Shown: positions 14,964-23,322 of the stretch, one piece after another
Layout: each line of letters begins with the position of its first letter
How positions within the stretch are numbered: position 1 is the stretch's first letter
Origin: Candidatus Nanohalobium constans
GTDB lineage: Archaea; Nanohalarchaeota; Nanosalinia; Nanosalinales; Nanosalinaceae
Reading direction: 5' to 3'
Assembly (NCBI RefSeq): GCF_009617975.1
Contig: NZ_CP040089.1
Coordinates: forward strand, 360,001 to 392,000
DNA length: 32,000 bases
Made by a program: the position numbers and the translations under genes
The notes under the pieces: model-generated
Told to the model about the DNA's origin: nothing
The model's database searches: none
The model's input: only the letters and a program-made list of their open reading frames with translations

Positions 14964-15865
14964 TGGCGGAACACATTCTTCATGGTCCTGACAGTGAGCA
15001 ATGGACTGTTCCTGAGGGGGTCACCGAAGTTACTATTGAGTGCTGGGGTGGTGAAGGAGGAGATGGAAATGGAGATACTGATGATGGAGCCGGAGGTGGA
15101 GGCGGCTATGTGAAAGGAGATCTATCTGTTACTCCGGGAGAAACCCTGCATTTGGTAGCAGGCGGAGATGCTTACCGTGGAGAGGATTCCGGCGGATTTC
15201 CTAATGGAGGTAGCGGAGACGTCAGAGGTACGAATATGGAGTATCAATTGGTAGAAAGTGGGGGCGGCGGTGGTTCCTCACACGTTATGCAAGGTGGATC
15301 TGACCGCCAAAACGATGTTGTTATCGGGGCTGGCGGCGGTGGTGGAGGTGCAGCCGTTAGTTCAGGAGGTGGCGCAACTAACTATGATGACGGTAAGAGA
15401 GGTGGTCACGCGAACGGAGGTGATGCACCAGATACAATAGAATACGAAGGAGGGCAGGGAGGAGAAAGCAGCAAGTCAGATCCAACAATTGGAGAAGATG
15501 GAAATCAAGAAAAAAAGACAAAGGATGGAGACGCATATCTTGGAGCCAGTGGTGGAGGCGGAGGAGGTTTCAATGCTGGAAGCCGCGGCATAGTAGATAT
15601 TACCTTCAGCAGAAACGACCTCAACGCCACAGGAGGAGGAGCAGGAGAACAATACACTCTAGGCGTAACCAATGTAACAACAAAAGACAATGAAAATACA
15701 GGAAACGGCAAGGTCAAAATTACGTACACAGAGCCTGTAACTGTGAAATACTGGGATGGATCAAAATGGGTTTCAGGCAGGCTAAAATACTGGGATGGAT
15801 CAAAATGGGTTATGGCAAACGAAATAAGCAACTTTGACGGCTCACAATGGCAGACAACATCCTAA
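14963..15865 (+). CDS. glycine-rich-domain protein (phage-associated Gly-rich type), no signal peptide
   Basis: WTVPEGVTEVTIECWGGEGGDG followed by four poly-Gly tracts (GAGGGGGY, ESGGGGGSS, GAGGGGGGAA, GASGGGGGGFNAG). C-terminal KYWDGSKWV repeated. The ATG overlaps the upstream stop (TAATG). Confidence 0.75.
   Translation: MAEHILHGPDSEQWTVPEGVTEVTIECWGGEGGDGNGDTDDGAGGGGGYVKGDLSVTPGETLHLVAGGDAYRGEDSGGFPNGGSGDVRGTNMEYQLVESGGGGGSSHVMQGGSDRQNDVVIGAGGGGGGAAVSSGGGATNYDDGKRGGHANGGDAPDTIEYEGGQGGESSKSDPTIGEDGNQEKKTKDGDAYLGASGGGGGGFNAGSRGIVDITFSRNDLNATGGGAGEQYTLGVTNVTTKDNENTGNGKVKITYTEPVTVKYWDGSKWVSGRLKYWDGSKWVMANEISNFDGSQWQTTS
15746..15811 (+). repeat. two perfect 27-nt copies at 39-nt spacing inside the Gly-rich gene
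   Basis: aaatactgggatggatcaaaatgggtt occurs at 15746-15772 and 15785-15811. It encodes KYWDGSKWV twice. Confidence 0.9.
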
Positions 15866-16003
15866 AACCACAGTTCCTGATCTTAGAAAACTACAGCTAA
15901 ATACTAATGCTGAGAAACACTTTCTCTCAAGACATCAAATTACAAATCTAACTGGAAAAACTCTTAGCCACTGTAATAAAACTTCCCAGACTAACACATC
16001 CCT

Positions 16004-17239
16004 ATGCTTAGTATCCAGGAAAAAGCCGAGAAACTTCTCGAGGAGGAAGACTTGTGTGACCACTGCTTAGGAAGACAGTTCGCACAACTCGGCCACGGAC
16101 TTGAAAACTACGAAAGAGGACAAATAATCAGAAATACAGAAAACTTGGAAGAAGACAGTTTCGTCCGTGAAAACATTCCAGAAGACGCAGAAATAGGCGG
16201 GGAATGCGAAATCTGTAACGGCGTGTTCGACGAACTGGATCGCTGGGTCGACCAAGTAGAAGACAGTTTTGAAAGATATGAACTTGAGACCTTCTTGGTT
16301 GGTATCCGGCCGAGAGAGGAATCAGTTAGAGCCGAGGAAGAGCTCTGGGAAGAATACGGGGTAGAATGGACAGAGCCATTGAAAACAGAACTCTCCCGAC
16401 TAATCGGAAAAAAGATAGAGAAAGAATTAGGTGTAGAGGTTGACTTCGAGAGAGCCGATATAATGGCTGTAATCGATATGAGAGAAGGAAGGGAAAGAGT
16501 CGAATTACAGGTCAACTCGCTGCTGATCTACGCACAGTACAACAAGTATTCTCGGGAGATCCCGCAGACAGAGTGGCACTGCAGGAAATGCAGAGGCAGT
16601 GGATGCGAAGAATGTGACTGGACAGGACACCAGTACCCAACCAGCGTGCAGGAAGAGATACAAAAACCGTTCCTGAGAGAGTCAAAAGCCGTAGAATCCA
16701 AGTTCCACGGTGGAGGCAGAGAAGATGTCGATGCTAAATGTTTAGGTAAAAGAGAGTTTGTACTTGAACTATTAGAGCCGTTAAACAGAGACCTAGACTT
16801 AGAGGAACTGCAGGAAGAAGTCAACGAATCAACGGATAAAGTAGAAATCTTCAATATTGAATTCACGCACAAAGACAAGGCTGCTGATATCAAACAGAAG
16901 CACGCCGACAAAGAGTATCGAGCAGTAGTCGAGACTGAAGAGGAGATAACTGAGGAAGACCTAGAGAATATTTCTGAGGTAGTCGGAGAGATAGAACAGG
17001 ATACCCCAGAGAGAGTAGAACACCGTAGAGCCGAGAAAACACGGAAGAGAGAAGTTTATGAAGTTTCCTGGGAGAAGACAGGAGAAAAAGAATTCGAGTT
17101 AGAGGTTAAGGCCGAAGCCGGGACATACATCAAAGAGTTAATTCACGGTGATGAAGGTCGGACACAGCCGAATATCTCTGACCTGATTGGAACTCGGGCA
17201 GAATGTGTTCAGTTGGATGTGATCTGGATTGAGAAATAG
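16004..17239 (+). CDS. pus10: tRNA pseudouridine synthase Pus10
   Basis: N-terminal zinc-binding CDHCLGRQF...CEICNGVF, a second CRKCRGSGCEEC cluster, and C-terminal GTYIKELIHGDEGRTQPNISDLIG typical of archaeal Pus10. Confidence 0.9.
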   Translation: MLSIQEKAEKLLEEEDLCDHCLGRQFAQLGHGLENYERGQIIRNTENLEEDSFVRENIPEDAEIGGECEICNGVFDELDRWVDQVEDSFERYELETFLVGIRPREESVRAEEELWEEYGVEWTEPLKTELSRLIGKKIEKELGVEVDFERADIMAVIDMREGRERVELQVNSLLIYAQYNKYSREIPQTEWHCRKCRGSGCEECDWTGHQYPTSVQEEIQKPFLRESKAVESKFHGGGREDVDAKCLGKREFVLELLEPLNRDLDLEELQEEVNESTDKVEIFNIEFTHKDKAADIKQKHADKEYRAVVETEEEITEEDLENISEVVGEIEQDTPERVEHRRAEKTRKREVYEVSWEKTGEKEFELEVKAEAGTYIKELIHGDEGRTQPNISDLIGTRAECVQLDVIWIEK

Positions 17240-17245
17240 ATGTAT

Positions 17246-17746
17246 TTAGTCATTTAATTCTTCAAAGTTCCAGTTTCCTTCATTTTCTCCATGTAGCGGA
17301 CTTAAGCTTCTTGCTGTTTCAAGAATTATATTCTCTTCATCTTCAATTGATTTGCCGCTTTCATAGTCTAGTCTCCAGAACGAAGTTGCTTCACCATCTC
17401 TCATTTCTGCATAGAGACCAAGCTCAGCATTATCTGCTCCTGGCCCGGGTTGTAACTTTGTGGAAGATATTTCAACTTCATCGGAGATTGGAAGATCCTC
17501 TCTGCTATTTAAATAAGCTTTTTCTGGATTTTCTGAATCTGTCCAGTAAGGGTTAGAATGGATGAAAAACGATTCAATATCTGAATAAATTTCTGAATAC
17601 TCCGGTTCTTCTACAGTCACTTCGTCTAATTCTTTTAGAGATTCATGGACATTGTCAACAGCTCCTGTATACAGTATAAGCCTATTGGCGATATACTCTA
17701 TATCTTCTGCTTGTGGTTCGATCCCATGATCACCCAAATCGGTCAT
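17246..17746 (-). CDS. hypothetical acidic protein
   Basis: 166-aa ORF convergent with pus10. Sense-strand composition is like other genes. No recognisable motif. Confidence 0.55.
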   Translation of the reverse strand: MTDLGDHGIEPQAEDIEYIANRLILYTGAVDNVHESLKELDEVTVEEPEYSEIYSDIESFFIHSNPYWTDSENPEKAYLNSREDLPISDEVEISSTKLQPGPGADNAELGLYAEMRDGEATSFWRLDYESGKSIEDEENIILETARSLSPLHGENEGNWNFEELND

Positions 17747-17908
17747 AGACTAACCTAGACCAGAACAATTATAACTTGTTATTCTCTAGTTACAACTCTT
17801 ACTGCCTCAGTAATAGGGATTCTCTATAGAGAATTCCAGTAGCAAAGTCCCGTCCTTCTTGTTTTTAAAGATTTCATGCCGTAAACACTATATAAGAGGT
17901 AATCTAAA

Positions 17909-18196
17909 ATGGCACAGAAGAGTCAGGGTTCTCAGCAAGGTGCACGGAACAAGCTTTCCAACACTGCTAAGGACAAGACAACGGTAAACGAATACTTGAA
18001 AGAATTTGAAGAAGGAGAAAAAGTCTTGATCAAAATTGAGCCAAGCGAATCTGAAGGACGTCCACACCAGAGATTCCACGGAAAAACAGTCGAAGTAACA
18101 GGTAAACAAGGAGACAGCTACGAAGTGAAGTTCAAAGACGGAAACATCGAGAAAACTCTCTACATCCCTCCAATCCACCTAAAAAGGACTGAGTGA
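17909..18196 (+). CDS. rpl21e: 50S ribosomal protein L21e
   Basis: GSQQGARNKLS...GEKVLIKIEPSE..GRPHQRFHGKTVEVTGKQGDSYEVKF matches L21e. GAGGT lies 8 nt upstream of the ATG. Confidence 0.92.
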   Translation: MAQKSQGSQQGARNKLSNTAKDKTTVNEYLKEFEEGEKVLIKIEPSESEGRPHQRFHGKTVEVTGKQGDSYEVKFKDGNIEKTLYIPPIHLKRTE

Positions 18197-18543
18197 TTAT
18201 TGTGGAAGTAGTTGATGAGGAAACAGTCTACCCTGTTGAAGCACTTCAGCTTCTTGAAGAACGGGATGAAGACGAACTTGAGCATGAACAGTTAATCGCA
18301 CTCGAGAACCTGTCCCGACACTGCAAAGTAAGAGACCTAGACACACTGGAAGAAATTCACGGAGAACTCTCAGAAATCGACTCCCTGAAGGACAAGCACA
18401 TCTTCAAGCTGCTTGAAGTAGTTCCTCAACACGAATCAACTGTTAGAGCAGTATTCCAGAAAGAAAGGATTAAACTTGAAGATGAGGAGATCGAGGAAAT
18501 CCTTGATATCTGCCAGAGCATTGAGACAGAAGAACAGGAGTAA
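18193..18543 (+). CDS. rpoF: DNA-directed RNA polymerase subunit F (Rpo4)
   Basis: Position directly after rpl21e (stop/start overlap). Pattern ...ALQLLEERDEDELEHEQLIALENL...KLLEVVPQHESTVRAVFQKERIKLEDEEIEEIL is typical of Rpo4. Confidence 0.8.
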   Translation: MIIVEVVDEETVYPVEALQLLEERDEDELEHEQLIALENLSRHCKVRDLDTLEEIHGELSEIDSLKDKHIFKLLEVVPQHESTVRAVFQKERIKLEDEEIEEILDICQSIETEEQE

Positions 18544-18657
18544 ACACATTTTCTCTCCCTTATATTAGGGAAGGTTTTTAACTTCCAGATTTCGTATTAT
18601 ACACAGTGAGAGGGCTTTTCTCTCCCATAAAAACATAATTGAGGTGCAAAAACAAAA

Positions 18658-19194
18658 ATGGCTGACAAAGACGAATATGTCAAAGTACTTGACTTCCTGG
18701 AACACGGGAGGAGCAACGACAGAGACGAAAGAGTCGCACAAGTAATCGGAACAGAAAACTACACACTCCTAGAAGTAGTGATGCGGGAAGAAGAAAGACC
18801 CAAAGGAGGAGAAAAACTGTACATCGGTGAAGGCGACCGAGACAAAGTCGAATTCATCAAACAGAGGATCAGCCACGACGACCTCACAAACTCAGCGCAG
18901 GCAGAGCTCAAATATGTGCTCAAAGCATTGATCAAGGAAAACGAAGACGATTTCGTCGAATTCTTCAACACTGCCACACCAGTAACACCGAGGAGACACG
19001 CATTTGAACTACTTCCAGGCATCGGAAGCAAACACATGCAGAAACTGATCGATGAAAGAGAAAGCGGTGACTTTGAAAGCTTCGAAGACATAGAAGAACG
19101 AGTACCTTCAGTACCAGACCCTGCAGAGACAATTCAGGAAAGAATCGTGCAGGAAATGAAAGGAGAAACCAAACACAAACTACTTCTATCCTAA
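18658..19194 (+). CDS. DUF655 / COG1491 putative RNA-binding protein
   Basis: VLDFLEHGRS...LYIGEG... plus a C-terminal HhH-like LLPGIGSKHMQKLIDERE. Occupies the conserved archaeal position between rpoF and ksgA. Confidence 0.8.
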   Translation: MADKDEYVKVLDFLEHGRSNDRDERVAQVIGTENYTLLEVVMREEERPKGGEKLYIGEGDRDKVEFIKQRISHDDLTNSAQAELKYVLKALIKENEDDFVEFFNTATPVTPRRHAFELLPGIGSKHMQKLIDERESGDFESFEDIEERVPSVPDPAETIQERIVQEMKGETKHKLLLS

Positions 19195-19206
19195 AAACTT
19201 CTTTTT

Positions 19207-19998
19207 ATGGAAATAGAGGAAAAACTCCAAGAGATCGGAGTACAGCCAGGGAAAGGACAAAACTTTCTCAGAACAGACTCAACAGCCGCAGCATTAGCCC
19301 AAGCAGGAGAAATAGACGGAGAAAAGACTCTGGAAATCGGACCAGGAACCGGTATGATAACCGAAAAACTGGCAGAGAAAACCGACGACCTCATCCTAGT
19401 CGAGAGAAACGGAAACCTAGCAAACTACATCAAAAAAGAGTTCCCAGAAGCAGAAGTACTGAAAGAAGACTTCCTAGAAATTGAACTAGAAGAAATGGAA
19501 ATTGAGAGGGTTGTATCAAACATTCCTTTCGAGATATCCTCCGACATAATCGAAAAACTAGGCAAAGCTCAGATGCAGTCCGCATTAATCGTCCAAGATG
19601 AACTAGCCGATAAACTAGTAGCTGAACCCAGCGACAAAAACTACGGATTCTTCACAGTCAAAGCACAGTACTACTTCGTACCAGTCAAACTTAGGACGCT
19701 TTCTTCACGGACCTTCTACCCAGAACCAGAGGTAGACGCAGCCATAGTAAAGCTATACCCGAACAAGGATCGCCACCCTGTCGAAGACGAAGAAGCATTC
19801 TTCGACCTAGTCAAAGCACTGTTTACACATAAGAGAAAGAAACTGCGGAACGCCTTCGTCGACACTAGACACATGCTAGACTACGAAAAAGAAGAAGCCA
19901 AGGCAATTCGCGACGAACTACCTCATTCTGAGGAACGGGTCATAAACCTGGATATCAAACAATTGGCTGAAGTAGCAGAGTTTCTAGAAGAGCGATAG
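19207..19998 (+). CDS. rsmA: 16S rRNA dimethyladenosine transferase KsgA/RsmA
   Basis: GQNFL motif (GKGQNFLRTDS), SAM-binding EIGPGTGMIT, NIPFEISS. Confidence 0.92.
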   Translation: MEIEEKLQEIGVQPGKGQNFLRTDSTAAALAQAGEIDGEKTLEIGPGTGMITEKLAEKTDDLILVERNGNLANYIKKEFPEAEVLKEDFLEIELEEMEIERVVSNIPFEISSDIIEKLGKAQMQSALIVQDELADKLVAEPSDKNYGFFTVKAQYYFVPVKLRTLSSRTFYPEPEVDAAIVKLYPNKDRHPVEDEEAFFDLVKALFTHKRKKLRNAFVDTRHMLDYEKEEAKAIRDELPHSEERVINLDIKQLAEVAEFLEER

Positions 19999-20028
19999 TT
20001 GTTTAAGACTCAAACATAAACTGTAACT

Positions 20029-20457
20029 ATGTCTGTTTTGGAACGAGAAGATAGGTACAAGGCAAAATTAGAGAGGATTGAGAGCCGTCTAGAAAGTGTG
20101 GAGGAGTGGATGGAAGATGTTTCAAAAGAAGAGTTTTCAAATGAACTTCAACTAAGGCTTTCGGTTTACAAAGCCATTCAAGAAATATCTGAGGCTGTAA
20201 CAGACCTGACAGCAATGTATCTATCAGACAAAGAAAGAGTAGTAGGAGACAACTATGAGAACCTAGAAGCATGTTCAGGAGAGCTTTTCAATCAAGAAAT
20301 AACCAGAGATTTGAAAAATCTGAATGGTCTGAGAAATAGAATAGTCCACGAATACGATAAAATCCAACACAATACAGTATACACAGGGATAAAAGATACA
20401 AAACCAGCAGTGAGAAAATTCGTAGAAGGTTTTGAAAAATGGATAGAGGAGAAATAA
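20029..20457 (+). CDS. hepT: HepT (DUF86) toxin of the HepT-MNT type VII TA system
   Basis: LNGLRNRIVHEYDKI carries the Rx4HxY active-site motif. Confidence 0.85.
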   Translation: MSVLEREDRYKAKLERIESRLESVEEWMEDVSKEEFSNELQLRLSVYKAIQEISEAVTDLTAMYLSDKERVVGDNYENLEACSGELFNQEITRDLKNLNGLRNRIVHEYDKIQHNTVYTGIKDTKPAVRKFVEGFEKWIEEK

Positions 20458-20801
20458 AAGAAGATTTTGATTTCCTGAAAGAAAATGAAGATGTACTAGC
20501 AGTACTGATATTCGGATCAAAAGTGAAGAATCAAGACCACAGTCAAAGCGATACCGATATCTGTATAGTAGCACCAGATACAGACCCATGGAGCATCTTA
20601 TCTAAAATATACCCCAAGATAAACATCGAAAAGAAGAATTACGACATCAAAGTATTTGAAGAGTTAACTCTCAGACTAAAAAACAGCATAATGCAAAATC
20701 ACGAAGTAATCTGGACCAGAGACAACACAGAACTTCAAGACTACCTTTTCAGATACAAAAAACTCTGGAACGACCAAGCCAAGAACTGGATAAAAGCATG
20801 A
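20439..20801 (+). CDS. mntA: MNT-type nucleotidyltransferase antitoxin
   Basis: VLIFGSKVKNQDHSQSDTDICIV matches the GSx(n)DxD nucleotidyltransferase motif. Overlaps the hepT 3' end by 19 nt. Confidence 0.8.
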   Translation: MDRGEIKEDFDFLKENEDVLAVLIFGSKVKNQDHSQSDTDICIVAPDTDPWSILSKIYPKINIEKKNYDIKVFEELTLRLKNSIMQNHEVIWTRDNTELQDYLFRYKKLWNDQAKNWIKA

Positions 20802-20980
20802 AAAGATACGGGCAATACGCAGCAATAGCATTTGTAATCCTCTTCTGGATGCTAACACCACTAATAGCTCAGAAATACTTCAATTATTCCGCAATAAATA
20901 TTTCATTCATAATAACAGTATTTTATTTCGTAATCTGGAAGATCTACAACAATAGGCAAACAATCCTGCAAAAGCTTTGA
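20798..20980 (+). CDS. small two-TM membrane protein
   Basis: ATGA overlap with the mntA stop. Two hydrophobic helices (AAIAFVILFWMLTPLIA; ISFIITVFYFVIW). Confidence 0.45.
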   Translation: MKRYGQYAAIAFVILFWMLTPLIAQKYFNYSAINISFIITVFYFVIWKIYNNRQTILQKL

Positions 20981-21035
20981 ATCCGAAAATTTACGGTTTC
21001 GAAGAATATTTATTTCCGGTTTATGTAATTATATT

Positions 21036-22613
21036 ATGCCGAAGTGGATTTTTGTTACAGGCGGCGTTCTTTCGGGACTCGGGAAAGGTCTCGTGTCCGC
21101 AAGCGTTTCCAAACTCCTACAACTCAGAGACCAGGACATGATGCCAGTCAAATGCGACGGCTACCTAAACATTGATCCCGGTACAATGAATCCACATGAG
21201 CACGGAGAGGTTTTCGTGTTAGAGGACGGAACAGAGGTCGACATGGACTTCGGTCACTACGAAAGATTTCTAGGCGTTAAAGGAAAAGGAGACTGGAACC
21301 TTACAAGCGGGAAGATCTTCCAGGAAGTAATAGACAAGGAAAGAAACGGAGATTATCTAGGTAAGACAGTTCAAATGGTGCCTCATGTAACGGACCAGAT
21401 AAGAGATAAATGGGAAAACTCAGCCCAAGAAGAAGATGCAGATATCGTTATAGTTGAAGTCGGAGGAACCGTTGGAGACATCGAGAACATGCTTTACTTG
21501 GAGACAATAAGACAGATGAGATCAGAGCTTCCGGAAGAGGATACCTTCCTGATACATACTACACTAGTTCCGTATCTGGAGACGACTGGCGAGCAGAAGA
21601 CCAAGCCAACACAGCACTCGGTCAAAGACCTTAGGGAAGAAGGACTGAGCCCAGACATGATAGTAGGCAGAAGCCAGGAAAAACTAACGGAAGAAGTACA
21701 GGAAAAGATCTCACTTTTCTGCGATGTAGAAAAAGAAGCAGTTATCTCAGATCCAAACCTCGAAAGCGTATACGAACTGCCATTACTCTTCGAAGATCAA
21801 GGAGTGGACGAAATAATATCCCGTAAGATGAAGCTTCAAACCAGAAACAAAGATATGCAGGACTGGAAGAAAAGAGTAAAAGCATTAAGAAATGGAGAAA
21901 TAGCGATGATCGGAATCTGCGGAAAATACATGGATATGGAAGACAGCTATGCCTCAGTCGAAGAGGCACTGAAACACGCAGCAGTCGAAGAAGGCGGCAA
22001 AATAGGTATCGAATACATAGACACGGAAAACTTTGATCCCGAAAAACTAGAAGAACTTGATGGAGTGGTCATTCCCGGAGGATTCGGAAGCAGAGGCGTC
22101 CAAGGCAAAATAGAAGCAATAAAGCACTGCAGAGAAAACGATATACCCGTACTAGGACTTTGCTACGGACTACAGTTAATGGTGGTGGAGTTTGCCAGAA
22201 ACAAACTAGACATTGATGCCGCATCAGCTGAATTCGGAGACGAAGACCAAGAGTATGTAGTGAAACATATGCCAGACCAAGAAGGAATCGATCAAAAGGG
22301 CGGAACGATGCGCCTAGGCAGCTACAAAGCAGAGCTAACCGGACAAGTAAAAGAAATCTACGGCTCAGAGATGGCTTCGGAAAGGCACAGACACCGCTAC
22401 GAAGTCAACCCAGAATACCATCAAAAACTTGAACAAAACGGATTAAAAATCTCAGGAAAAACAGGGAACGGCGAACTAGCCGAATATGTCGAAATACCGG
22501 AACACAGCTTCTTCATAGGAACCCAGGCACACCCAGAATTCAACTCCACATTCGAAGAACCTAATCCACTCTACCACGCCTTCACAAAGACAGCCCAAAA
22601 CCAAACCCCCTAA
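21036..22613 (+). CDS. pyrG: CTP synthase
   Basis: FVTGGVLSGLGKG, DPGTMNPHEHGEVFVLEDG, and a GATase domain with LGLCYGLQ and HRHRYEVN. Confidence 0.97.
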   Translation: MPKWIFVTGGVLSGLGKGLVSASVSKLLQLRDQDMMPVKCDGYLNIDPGTMNPHEHGEVFVLEDGTEVDMDFGHYERFLGVKGKGDWNLTSGKIFQEVIDKERNGDYLGKTVQMVPHVTDQIRDKWENSAQEEDADIVIVEVGGTVGDIENMLYLETIRQMRSELPEEDTFLIHTTLVPYLETTGEQKTKPTQHSVKDLREEGLSPDMIVGRSQEKLTEEVQEKISLFCDVEKEAVISDPNLESVYELPLLFEDQGVDEIISRKMKLQTRNKDMQDWKKRVKALRNGEIAMIGICGKYMDMEDSYASVEEALKHAAVEEGGKIGIEYIDTENFDPEKLEELDGVVIPGGFGSRGVQGKIEAIKHCRENDIPVLGLCYGLQLMVVEFARNKLDIDAASAEFGDEDQEYVVKHMPDQEGIDQKGGTMRLGSYKAELTGQVKEIYGSEMASERHRHRYEVNPEYHQKLEQNGLKISGKTGNGELAEYVEIPEHSFFIGTQAHPEFNSTFEEPNPLYHAFTKTAQNQTP

Positions 22614-22766
22614 TTTAACTCTTTCAACCCCCTTTATTTCTTCCATAAATCCACGCAGTCACACACGTTCAACCGGGATTTTTCATAACCATCTGTGACG
22701 AAGAATTAAGCATATTCACCACAAATAATATACCAAAAACCAGGAAAAACCACGGAGATTCCAAAC

Positions 22767-23291
22767 ATGAGCGTTTATCCCGTCCGAGAAGACACACTAC
22801 TAGTCAAAAGAAACCTAGAAGAGCAGGACTTAGAAGACAAAGATTTCCTAGAAATAGGAGTAGGTAACGGCGAAAACACAGTCTTAGCAGCTGAAAAAAG
22901 GGCAAAAGCCACAGGAGTAGACATAAACCCCGAAGCCATCAAACACACCCAGGAAAGAATTAAAGAAAACGATTTGGAGGCAGAACTTTTCCTAAGCAAC
23001 CTATTTGAACAGGTTGAAGGAAAATTTGACTTCATCATATTTAACCCGCCTTATCTGAAAGGTGAAGAAGGTATCGGCGATGAAGAGATGTGGCGAGGAG
23101 GCGAAACCGGTTTAGAAGCCGCAGAAAGATTCCTAAAGAAAGTACCTGCCTACCTAACTGATGGTGGAAAGGCATGGATTATACTGAGCTCGCAGACAGA
23201 ATACGAGAAACTGGTGGAAAAGTTCAACCTTGAACAGGTTGAATCTGAGAAAATCTGGTTTGAAACGCTTTTCTTGATGAAATTCGAATAG
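22767..23291 (+). CDS. HemK-related / Mtq2-like protein N5-glutamine methyltransferase
   Basis: VYPVREDTLLV at the N-terminus, SAM motif LEIGVGNGENT, catalytic FIIFNPPYL. Confidence 0.8.
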   Translation: MSVYPVREDTLLVKRNLEEQDLEDKDFLEIGVGNGENTVLAAEKRAKATGVDINPEAIKHTQERIKENDLEAELFLSNLFEQVEGKFDFIIFNPPYLKGEEGIGDEEMWRGGETGLEAAERFLKKVPAYLTDGGKAWIILSSQTEYEKLVEKFNLEQVESEKIWFETLFLMKFE

Positions 23292-23300
23292 ATTTTTTAA
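23292..23300 (+). promoter_or_regulatory. TATA-like box for the surface glycoprotein gene
   Basis: attttttaa is centred about 27 nt upstream of ATG 23323. Confidence 0.3.
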
Positions 23301-23322
23301 CGGTACTTTAACAACTGTGTAT

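Noticed and set aside
1835-15865. The whole fibre-rich island could be an integrated provirus.
   Set aside because: No integrase, capsid, portal/terminase or replication gene and no att-like flanks are visible. Housekeeping tatAC sits in the middle, and two members carry cellular Tat signals. Viral ancestry of individual modules remains possible.
17819-17834. Perfect 16-bp palindrome attctctatagagaat in the divergent intergenic region upstream of rpl21e, as a possible operator.
   Set aside because: A perfect 8+8 palindrome is expected about 0.5 times by chance in 32 kb, and more often in AT-rich DNA. No second copy or supporting context exists beyond one nearby attctcta half-site, so it is not significant on its own.
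17889-17895. tatataa upstream of rpl21e as its TATA box.
   Set aside because: It is centred only about 17 nt from the ATG, too close for the usual spacing. A GAGGT Shine-Dalgarno-like element at 17896-17900 and another AT-rich box at 17862-17870 make the promoter assignment ambiguous, so no feature is reported.
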